64,000 nt of DNA from NCBI GenBank assembly GCA_965221775.1, contig CBDCSU010000006.1, positions 1,824,001 through 1,888,000 on the forward strand. Reading direction: 5' to 3'. This stretch comes from Candidatus Latescibacterota bacterium (GTDB lineage: Bacteria > Latescibacterota > UBA2968 > UBA8231). The stretch's first letter is position 1. Each line of letters starts with the position of its first letter. The translations under genes were made by a program, and so were the position numbers. Shown one piece after another: positions 20,279 through 28,154 of the stretch. Below the pieces are notes generated by a model, which searched no databases, was not told where the DNA came from, and saw only the letters and a list, made by a program, of their open reading frames with translations.

Positions 20279-21163
20279 TCAGTCGAGCCGGTACAGCCGC
20301 GCGGCGTTGCCGTGCAGCAGGGCGCGCTGATCCTCCTCGGAGCGCGAGGCGATGATCCGCCGCAGGGCCTGGACCCACTCCCCGAGGCTGGCGCCCAGGG
20401 TGCAGACCGGCCAGTCGCCGCCGAAGACGACGCGGTCGGGGGGGAAGGCGTCCAGGCAGTGGTTGACGGTGGGGACCAGCAGCTCGGCCGACCAGCCCTC
20501 GGTTACCCGGGCGACGATGCCGGAGATCTTGCAGACTACGTTGGTCCGCTGACCAAGGGCCGAGATGCCGTCCCGCCACTGGCCGGCCGTGTGGGCGAAG
20601 GGGCCCTCCTCCGGCCCGGCGGTGCCGGCGACGATGTTGGGATCGGCATTGCCGCAGTGGTCGAGGATGAGCAGGGTCCCGGGGCAGCGCTCGGAGAGGG
20701 TTACCGCGTCGTCCAGCTCACCGGGACGCAGGCAGACGTCGAAGCTCAGACCGGCATCCCCGAGCCGCCGAACGCCGTCCACGAAGGCTTCCTGCAGACA
20801 GGTTCCCGGCGGCGCGTCGGCGTGCAGGATCCGGCGCACGCCGCGCACGTGGGGCTCGTCGCGCAGGCGGCCGACCCAGTCGGCGAACCCCGGGTCCGCC
20901 GGACGGCCGGAGACCACGGCGGCGGCCATCGGGTCGGCCGGGTCGGCGCACAGCTGTCCCACGTGGTCGACCTCGGCGGCGATCTGCTCCGGCGCCACGT
21001 CAACCTCCATGTACACGGTCCGCTCCACGCCGCAGTCCTCGGCGGCGGCGGCGTAGTCGGCGGGCAGGAAGCTGCGGTTCAGGGGCTCCACCCCGTCGAG
21101 CCAGGGGAGCCGGAAACGAGACAGGTCCCAGAGGTGCTGGTGGGTGTCGATGATGGGATGCAT
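20279..21163 (-). CDS. Amidohydrolase-2 family protein (L-fuconolactonase-like sugar lactonase)
   Basis: IIDTHQHLWD, GVRRIL, LILDHCGN, CKISG, VFGGDWPVC, NAARLYRL. Confidence 0.8.
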   Translation of the reverse strand: MHPIIDTHQHLWDLSRFRLPWLDGVEPLNRSFLPADYAAAAEDCGVERTVYMEVDVAPEQIAAEVDHVGQLCADPADPMAAAVVSGRPADPGFADWVGRLRDEPHVRGVRRILHADAPPGTCLQEAFVDGVRRLGDAGLSFDVCLRPGELDDAVTLSERCPGTLLILDHCGNADPNIVAGTAGPEEGPFAHTAGQWRDGISALGQRTNVVCKISGIVARVTEGWSAELLVPTVNHCLDAFPPDRVVFGGDWPVCTLGASLGEWVQALRRIIASRSEEDQRALLHGNAARLYRLD

Positions 21164-21259
21164 GGGGGAAGCTCTCCGGGTTGTGATTGGTTCGGGACCG
21201 AGGCGGACCTCGCGCGCCCGCAGGTCCGCAGGATCCGGGACGCCTGCAGGCGCGGCCCA

Positions 21260-22129
21260 TCAGGGCCACAGCAGGCGGCGCGCTGTGGAGTACAATATGG
21301 ACCGCTTCTCGGCGTCGGTGAGGAACTCGGCCTTGCGGATGGCGTCGACGGCGGCCGGCAGGTCCCGGGGCGGGTCCGCCATGAGCACCGGTCCGCCGCT
21401 GTCGCTCTCCCACATGCAGCGGTCGGCGCCGAAGGCGGAGACCACGGCGCGCAGCAGGGGCTCTGTGCCGGCGAAGGGGCGGTCGCCGCCGCCGAGGGCG
21501 TGGATCGGCCCCAGCTTGACGTAGACCCGGGGGTGGCGGGCGAGGGCGGTCAGGCTCTCCAGCTCGGCCGGGTCGATGCGGCCGCCGCGGAGGCGCACGC
21601 CGGCCATGTGGTCGAGGATGACGGGCGCCTCCGGGAAGCGCCCGCACATGCGGTCGACCTCGGCCAGGTCCTGGGGGCCGAGGAGGAAGCTGAGGACGAG
21701 GCCGTGCTCCGAGGCGGCGGCGAACATGCGCTCGTACCCGTCCTGCTCCAGCCAGCGCTCACCCTGGCCGAAGTCGGACTGGGCGCTCCGGCCCCTGATG
21801 CGGAAGGCGCGCACCCCGCGGGCGGCCAGGTCGAGCATGGTCCGGTCCGGCCGCCCAAGGGAGGCGTCGGCGACGGCGGGAACGATGCCGGTGCCCACGC
21901 AGCGGTCCGGATCGGAGTCGATGAGGTCGACGATGTAGCTGTGGTCGAGCCCGTACCAGGTGATCTGGATCAGGTTCAGGCACATCGGCTCGCCGACGGC
22001 CTCGCTCCAGCGGCGGTGGTCGTCGGGCGTGAAGGAGCGCAGCCAGGGGTCGGAGGGGCCGAAGCCGGGAGCGTAGGGGTAGCGGTCCCGGGCGGGGCTC
22101 CAGACGTGGATGTGGGCGTCGACGATCAC
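21260..22129 (-). CDS. Amidohydrolase-2 family protein
   Basis: VDAHIHVW, ILDHMA, VKLG, CMWESD. Confidence 0.82.
   Translation of the reverse strand: MIVDAHIHVWSPARDRYPYAPGFGPSDPWLRSFTPDDHRRWSEAVGEPMCLNLIQITWYGLDHSYIVDLIDSDPDRCVGTGIVPAVADASLGRPDRTMLDLAARGVRAFRIRGRSAQSDFGQGERWLEQDGYERMFAAASEHGLVLSFLLGPQDLAEVDRMCGRFPEAPVILDHMAGVRLRGGRIDPAELESLTALARHPRVYVKLGPIHALGGGDRPFAGTEPLLRAVVSAFGADRCMWESDSGGPVLMADPPRDLPAAVDAIRKAEFLTDAEKRSILYSTARRLLWP
21389..21421. repeat. 33-bp identical segment shared with 40351-40383 (paralogous amidohydrolase coding sequence)
   Basis: cggtccgccgctgtcgctctcccacatgcagcg occurs at both positions and encodes RCMWESDSGGP on the minus strand. Confidence 0.8.
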
Positions 22130-22233
22130 CGGCGGGTTCCTGCCTCCGGGGGGTTGCCCGAGGGGCTGCGCATCGTACGCACGGGGAAGGGCGGGCTCAA
22201 GGCCGGTCCGGCCGTCGCCGAATCGAGGAGATC

Positions 22234-23082
22234 ATGAAAGAGATCGAGAAGTACCTCTTCGACCTGCAGGGTTACATCGTCCTCGAGGGAGTCCTCTCCG
22301 AGGCCGAGGTAGCCCGGGCCAACGAGGCCGTCGACCGTCACGCCGACCGCATCCGCGAGCGCACCGGCGAGCTCTCCCTGTCCGGTGACTCCGCCGCCCT
22401 GAGAGGGACCACAGGGCGCGGAGACCTGGGCGGGCTCCTGGGCTGGGAGAAGCCCTGGTGCGATCCCTTCCGGGAGATGCTCGTCCACCCCCGCGTCGTC
22501 GCCTGCCTCAACGTCATCCTCGGCCCTGGATGGCGCCTCGACCACAACGGTGGCCTGATCTCCATGCGCAAGGGGGCCGAGGGTCATCTCCTCCACGGCT
22601 CCTCGGGCCCCGGCTTCGACCGCCACCAGTACTACCACTTCCAGAACGGCCAGATGCACAACGGCCTGACCGTGGCGGCCTGGCAGCTGACCGACAGCAA
22701 CCCCGGGGACGGCGGCCTGTGCCTGATCCCGGGAAGTCACAAGGGCAACTACGCCTGTCCGCAGGAGGTGAGGAAGTGGCTGGCGCATCGGGAGATCGTG
22801 CGCCAGGTCGCGTGCAGGGCGGGTGACGTGGTGATCTTCACCGAGGCGGTGACCCACGGCACCCTCCCCTGGACGGCGGACCACGACCGCCGCAGCGTGC
22901 TGTTCCGCATGTCCCCGGGAAACCTGGCCTACGCCACCGGCTACAACCCCTGGCCCGAGGAGATGCTTGTGGGCATGACCCCCGAGCAGCGCGCCGTCCT
23001 CGAGCCCCCGTACCACTCGCGGCTGAACCGGCCTGTGCTCGGCGACGACGGGAAACTGGTGCAAGAGCCGGAGGCGCGCTGA
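22234..23082 (+). CDS. PhyH-like Fe(II)/2OG-dependent enzyme with an atypical first iron motif (LHGS)
   Basis: EKYLFDLQGYIVL, GGLCLIPGSHK, AGDVVIFTEAVTHGTLPW..RRS; GAGGAG RBS. Confidence 0.82.
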   Translation: MKEIEKYLFDLQGYIVLEGVLSEAEVARANEAVDRHADRIRERTGELSLSGDSAALRGTTGRGDLGGLLGWEKPWCDPFREMLVHPRVVACLNVILGPGWRLDHNGGLISMRKGAEGHLLHGSSGPGFDRHQYYHFQNGQMHNGLTVAAWQLTDSNPGDGGLCLIPGSHKGNYACPQEVRKWLAHREIVRQVACRAGDVVIFTEAVTHGTLPWTADHDRRSVLFRMSPGNLAYATGYNPWPEEMLVGMTPEQRAVLEPPYHSRLNRPVLGDDGKLVQEPEAR

Positions 23083-23117
23083 ACCCCGGGCGCCTTACTT
23101 GGGAGGGCCGACGGAGG

Positions 23118-23906
23118 ATGACCATGCTTGCCGACCGCATCACCGAACGACAGTGGAGCGACTTCCAGGAGCGGGGGTACCTGCGCCTGGGCCGGGCCGG
23201 GGCCGGGGAGATCGCCGGCCTGCAGCGGCGCATCGACGAGATCATGCTGGGCACGGCGGAGATCGACTACGACGAGGTCCTGATGCAGCTGGACCGCTCG
23301 GACGGCCCCGACTCGAGGCCCGGTCCGCAGTCCAGGGGCCACAAGGGAGCCACCCTGGCCTATCGCAAGATCCAGAACCTGGAGCTCGACCCGCTCTTTC
23401 TCGCGTACCTGCAGAAGCCCCTGTTCCGCCACGTCTGCGGGAGGACCTACGGCGAGGAGGCGGCGGTCGCCTGCTACCGCGCCATGTTCATGAACAAGCC
23501 CTCCGGACTCGGCACCAACCTGATCTGGCATCAGGACCGCTGGACGGCCCTGGACAGGGATCCCCTGGTCACGGTGTGGACGGCGCTGGACCCGGCGACC
23601 CCGGAGAACGGCTGCGTGCAGATCGTCCCCGGCTCGCACGGGCGGCTGCTCAACCCCGAGCAAGGGTCCGGGTTCCTCACCGAGGAGATGGCGGGGGAGA
23701 TCGCCTGCCGCTCCGACATCGAGCAGCTGGAGATGGAGGCGGGGGAGGTGGTGCTGCTGCACAACCACCTGCTGCACTCCTCGGGCGTGAACCGCACCCG
23801 GCAGTCGAGGCGCGCCTTCAGCGTCTGCTACATGGAGGCGGCCACCGTGTGCAGCAGCGGCGCCACCTTCCCCGTCGTCTTCGGGGAAGGGGCCCTGGCG
23901 GCTTAG
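23118..23906 (+). CDS. PhyH family Fe(II)/2-oxoglutarate dioxygenase
   Basis: FQERGYL, MNKP, WHQD, ENGCVQIVPGSH, LLHSSGVN..R. Confidence 0.88.
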   Translation: MTMLADRITERQWSDFQERGYLRLGRAGAGEIAGLQRRIDEIMLGTAEIDYDEVLMQLDRSDGPDSRPGPQSRGHKGATLAYRKIQNLELDPLFLAYLQKPLFRHVCGRTYGEEAAVACYRAMFMNKPSGLGTNLIWHQDRWTALDRDPLVTVWTALDPATPENGCVQIVPGSHGRLLNPEQGSGFLTEEMAGEIACRSDIEQLEMEAGEVVLLHNHLLHSSGVNRTRQSRRAFSVCYMEAATVCSSGATFPVVFGEGALAA

Positions 23907-23916
23907 GCCGGCCGGC

Positions 23917-24657
23917 TCAGACCGCCCAGTACTTCCACAGGTCCTCCGGCACGTCGTACTTCATCTCCTCGCGGTCGGTGCGGTGCCAGCGCGCGAAGAC
24001 GCCCAGCCTCGGGCGGGCGCGCACGTTGGCCGATCCGGTGTGACAGAGGAAACAGTGCCAGAGGATGACGTCGCCGGCCCGGCCGGTGAACTCGACGGGC
24101 TGGTGCGGCGACTCGTCCGAGAACAACCCCCATTGTCGCTCTTCCCAGTCCGCCCGGTCGCGGAAACTGCCGTCGATCTGCTCCGGGTGCTCCCGGAAGT
24201 AGGCCTGCACCGGCTCGTGGCTGCGCGGCCAGTAGACGAAGCCGCCGCCCCCGGGCTCGACGTCGTCCATGTAGGTGGTGGCGCCGAGCATGAAGCCGCC
24301 GCTCCAGCCCCCCGGGCCGTAGCCGTCGATGTGGCCGGAATCCGGCATCTGCCAGGCCGCGTCTTCGGGCCCCGGCCACTTCACCAGCATCGACCCCCCG
24401 CCGCCTCCGAACATGCCGCCGCCGACCTGCTCGATGATCGCCCGCATGCGGGGAAGCTGCCCGAGGGGCGGGTCCACGCCGAAGCCCTGGATCACGTAGT
24501 CTTCCGGCCAGGTGGCCGGGTCGTCGCGGTCGGCGCCGACGTGGGACCAGAACTGGTCGCGCCAGGCGGAGAGCGTCTCCGGGTCGACCAGCCCCTCCAG
24601 GAGGAGGAACCCCTGGCGCTTGAAGAGGTCGATCTGTCCGCTGTTGAGGGGGCTCAT
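23917..24657 (-). CDS. PhyH family Fe(II)/2-oxoglutarate dioxygenase
   Basis: FKRQGFL, GHIDG, GGGF.YWPRSH, AGDVILWH..CHTGSAN..PR; GGAGG RBS. Confidence 0.82.
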   Translation of the reverse strand: MSPLNSGQIDLFKRQGFLLLEGLVDPETLSAWRDQFWSHVGADRDDPATWPEDYVIQGFGVDPPLGQLPRMRAIIEQVGGGMFGGGGGSMLVKWPGPEDAAWQMPDSGHIDGYGPGGWSGGFMLGATTYMDDVEPGGGGFVYWPRSHEPVQAYFREHPEQIDGSFRDRADWEERQWGLFSDESPHQPVEFTGRAGDVILWHCFLCHTGSANVRARPRLGVFARWHRTDREEMKYDVPEDLWKYWAV

Positions 24658-24838
24658 CGGGGTTCCTCCAGGTCAGGGGGCCGGACGCTCGGCCCTCCGG
24701 GGGGTTGCGGGGCAGCGGCAAAAGGAAACCCGGCGGTCCCGGCGGCGGCAAGGACCGGGTTGTGGGCGGGTGGGCAGGGGCGCTTCTTTGCTGCCCCCGC
24801 CCGGATCCCGGGCAGGGCCAAGAGAGGGAGGGAGATTC

Positions 24839-25597
24839 GTGAGCAACCCGCTGTCCTACCGCGCCGGGACCCTCGAGGACCCGGGCCTGCCCTGGGCCCG
24901 CATCGCCGAGACCGGCGTGCAAGGCATCGAGATGGTCTGGAGCGACGGCCTGACGGCGCCGGCGGCTTCGGCGGCGCTGGAGCCGCACGGCCTGCGGGTG
25001 ACGTCGCTGAGCGTGCTCTGTCCGCTGGAGGACGACGGTCTGCCGGCAAGCATGGCCGCCCAGGCGGCGGTGGCCGCCGACCTGGGGGCCGACTACCTCT
25101 TCACCAGCGCCGGGGGCGCGGGCATGTCCCTGGCCGAAGCCGGCGAGCGGCTGCGCAGGCTGGGCGACGCCGTTGGCCCCCACGAGGTGTACCTGGCCCT
25201 GGAGACGCACCCGGAGCTGTGCACCAACGCCGACCGCATGGAGGCGACCATGGCCGCCGTCGACCACCCCTGGGTGGGGGTCAACTACGACACGGCGAAC
25301 GTCCACTACTACAACCACGGCGTCGACACCGTCGATCAGCTGCGCCGCTGTGTCTCCCACGTGCGCGGCATGCACCTGAAGGAGACCAGCGGCGGCTACC
25401 ACGACCACGACTTCCCCGTCTTCGGCGAGGGCATCGTCGACTTCGCTGCGGTCTACGAGGTCCACGGCCAGGCCGGGTACGAATCCGCCTGCACCATGGA
25501 GCTGGAGGGGCCCGTCTTCGGGCGCCGGGACCCGGACGACCTGGCAGCCAAGGTGGCCCGCTGCGTGGAGCACCTGAAGAGCGTCGGCGTCGCTTGA
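24839..25597 (+). CDS. Sugar phosphate isomerase/epimerase (xylose isomerase-like TIM barrel)
   Basis: LALETH, NYDTAN, MHLKE, FGEGIVDF, TMELE metal motifs; GGAG RBS before GTG 24839. Confidence 0.85.
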   Translation: MSNPLSYRAGTLEDPGLPWARIAETGVQGIEMVWSDGLTAPAASAALEPHGLRVTSLSVLCPLEDDGLPASMAAQAAVAADLGADYLFTSAGGAGMSLAEAGERLRRLGDAVGPHEVYLALETHPELCTNADRMEATMAAVDHPWVGVNYDTANVHYYNHGVDTVDQLRRCVSHVRGMHLKETSGGYHDHDFPVFGEGIVDFAAVYEVHGQAGYESACTMELEGPVFGRRDPDDLAAKVARCVEHLKSVGVA

Positions 25598-26880
25598 CGG
25601 ACCGGCCCAACATCCTGCTGATCAGTACCGATCAACAGTCGGCCTCGGCCATGAGCTGCGCCGGCAACCAGGACCTGCGCACCCCGAACATGGACCGCCT
25701 GGCGGCCGAGGGCGTTCGGTTCTCTCGTGCCTACTGCACCCAGCCCCTGTGCGCGCCGGCGCGGTCGAGCTACGTCACCGGCCGCATGCCCCACGACACG
25801 GGCGTCACCAGCAACAACGAGCCGCTGCGGGAGGCCCTGCACGGCCAGACGCTGGGCCGCCTGCTGGGTGACGCCGGGTACCGCTGCGCCCTGGCCGGCA
25901 AGTGGCACGTCCCCGGCATCACGCCGGAGGAGGGCGGCCTCGAGGTGCTGTGCGGTCCCAGGGACGACGAGGTCTCCGGGGCGGCGGCGGAATTCCTGCG
26001 GTCGGGGGAGGGCCCCTTCTTCCTCTTCGCATCCTTCCTGAATCCCCACGACGTCTGCCAGCTGGCGCGCTCGCAGCCGCTGCCCCAGGGGCCGGTGCCG
26101 GAGCCGGCTTCCCTGGCCGAGTGCCCGAACCTGCCGGTCAACTTCGAGGAGCCGCCCTTCGGCCCGGAGATCCTGCGCTTCGTGCAGGTCCACAGGCCGC
26201 GGGTCTACGCGGCGGCGGGATTCATGGCCGAGGAGTGGCGCCGCTTCCGGCACCAGTACTTCCGCATCGTGGAGAAGGTGGACGCCGAGATCGGTCGCCT
26301 CCTCGAGGCAGTGCGAGACGCCGGCCGGTGGGACGACACCCTGATCCTGCTGACCTCCGACCACGGCGACGGCCACGGTGCCCACCGCTGGAACGGCAAG
26401 ACGGCGTTGTGGGAGGAGGTGATCCGGGTGCCGCTGCTGGCCCGCGGGCCCGGGGTGCGGAGGCCGGGGCGCGTCGAGGAACGGCTGGTCTCCAACGGTC
26501 TCGACCTGCTGCCGACGATCTGCGAGGCCGCCGGAGCCGCGGCTCCCGCGGATCTGCCGGGACGCAGCCTCGGGCCCCTGCTGGCGGGAGAGGAACCGGG
26601 TGACTGGCGGCAGGATCTGGTGGTGGAGACGATCACCGGCATCGGCGACGGCCCCGGCGGGCCGGCGCTGGCCCGGGCCCTGGTGGGGGAGCGCCGCAAG
26701 TACAGCGTCTACGCCCTCGGGCGCGGCCGGGAGCAGCTCGTCGATCTGGACTCCGACCCGGGGGAGATGGTGAACCTCGCCGTGGAGGCCCGCTACGGTG
26801 AAGAGCTGGCCGCCTGCCGCGAGCGGCTGCGGTCGCTGTGCCGGGCCGGCGGCGACGACGTGGGGAGGCTGATACCGTGA
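25594..26880 (+). CDS. Formylglycine-dependent sulfatase (choline-sulfatase-like)
   Basis: RPNILLISTDQ, TPNMDRLA, CAPARSSYVTG (CxPxR), GKWH, NPHD, TSDHG, GK; TTGA overlap with the upstream gene. Confidence 0.9.
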   Translation: MTDRPNILLISTDQQSASAMSCAGNQDLRTPNMDRLAAEGVRFSRAYCTQPLCAPARSSYVTGRMPHDTGVTSNNEPLREALHGQTLGRLLGDAGYRCALAGKWHVPGITPEEGGLEVLCGPRDDEVSGAAAEFLRSGEGPFFLFASFLNPHDVCQLARSQPLPQGPVPEPASLAECPNLPVNFEEPPFGPEILRFVQVHRPRVYAAAGFMAEEWRRFRHQYFRIVEKVDAEIGRLLEAVRDAGRWDDTLILLTSDHGDGHGAHRWNGKTALWEEVIRVPLLARGPGVRRPGRVEERLVSNGLDLLPTICEAAGAAAPADLPGRSLGPLLAGEEPGDWRQDLVVETITGIGDGPGGPALARALVGERRKYSVYALGRGREQLVDLDSDPGEMVNLAVEARYGEELAACRERLRSLCRAGGDDVGRLIP

Positions 26881-28154
26881 AGGTGACCGGAGTGGAGCGG
26901 ATCCTGGTGGACGTGCCGTTCACCGAACGCCAGCGGCGCATCACCCAGCGCACCGTGTACAACTGGTCGATCCTGGAGCTGTGCCGGGTCACCGCCGACA
27001 GCGGCCACGTGGGCTGGGGCGAGACCGTCGTCCACTACACCCACCAGCGGGTGACCGACGCCAGCGTCCGCCGCGTCACCGGCGCCAGCGCGGCCGAGAT
27101 GCTCTGGGAGGACGGCCTCGGCGCGGGCCTCCAGATGGCCCTCTTCGACCTCGTGGGACGGATCGCAGAGGTCCCCGTGCACCGGCTGTTGGGCGCCAGG
27201 GTGCGGGATGCCACGCCGATCTCGTGGTGGTGCAGCCACGCCTCGCCGGAGGACTGGGCCGCCGAGTCCCGCGACGCGGTGGCCGCCGGGTACACCAGCT
27301 TCAAGAACAAGCCGCGCCCCTGGTGGGACGTGTACGCCCAGGTCGAGGCGGTGACGGCGGCGACGCCGCCCCACTTCAAGCTCGATCTGGATCCCAACGG
27401 CATGCTGGTCAACTCCGCCCAGGCCGTGCCCGTGCTGGCCCGCCTGGCCGCCTGCGACCAGGTGGCCATGTTCGAGACGCCGATCCCCCAGAACGACGTG
27501 GCCGGGAACCGCCAGATCCGCCGCTCCGTGCCGCGGCCCATCGCCATGCACTTCGGCAGTCCACCGTACGTCACGGCCGTGCGCGAGGAGGTCTGCGACG
27601 GCTTCGTGATCAACGGCGGCGCCTCCCGGGTGATGCGTCAGGGGGCGCTGGCCGCCGAGGCGCAGATGCCGTTCTGGCTGCAGCTGGTCGGCAACGGCCT
27701 GACCACCATCTGGGCCGCCCATCTCGGCGCCGTGCTCAGCCACGCCACCTGGCCGACGATCAGCTGCATCAACCTCTACACCGAACACCTGCTCACGGAG
27801 CCGGTGACGGTCAGCGGCGGTTACCAGCCCGTACCGGAGGGACCGGGGCTGGGCGTCGAGATCGACGAGGAGGCGGTGCAGCGGTTCCGGGTGCCGGCGG
27901 AGTCGCTCGACGCCCTGGCGCCGGGGCAGGTCTACACCCACCCGAGACCGCGGATCATCAACACCGTGGTCTTCCCCGACGGGACGCGGGTGCACACCGG
28001 CGTCATGGGCGCGGGTCCGGCCGGGGCGGGGCCCGGGTGGTCGGAGGGCGTGCGTGTGGAGCCGGCCTGGGAGGACGACGGCTCGAAGGAGTGGGCCGGG
28101 CTTTGGGAGCGGGTCAGAGACGGCGGCGTCGTGCGCGCCGGGAGGGACTCATGA
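26877..28154 (+). CDS. Mandelate racemase/muconate lactonizing enzyme family protein
   Basis: GWGE, MALFDLVG, KNK, DPN, ETP, PEGPGLGVEID; GTGA overlap. Confidence 0.85.
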   Translation: MKVTGVERILVDVPFTERQRRITQRTVYNWSILELCRVTADSGHVGWGETVVHYTHQRVTDASVRRVTGASAAEMLWEDGLGAGLQMALFDLVGRIAEVPVHRLLGARVRDATPISWWCSHASPEDWAAESRDAVAAGYTSFKNKPRPWWDVYAQVEAVTAATPPHFKLDLDPNGMLVNSAQAVPVLARLAACDQVAMFETPIPQNDVAGNRQIRRSVPRPIAMHFGSPPYVTAVREEVCDGFVINGGASRVMRQGALAAEAQMPFWLQLVGNGLTTIWAAHLGAVLSHATWPTISCINLYTEHLLTEPVTVSGGYQPVPEGPGLGVEIDEEAVQRFRVPAESLDALAPGQVYTHPRPRIINTVVFPDGTRVHTGVMGAGPAGAGPGWSEGVRVEPAWEDDGSKEWAGLWERVRDGGVVRAGRDS

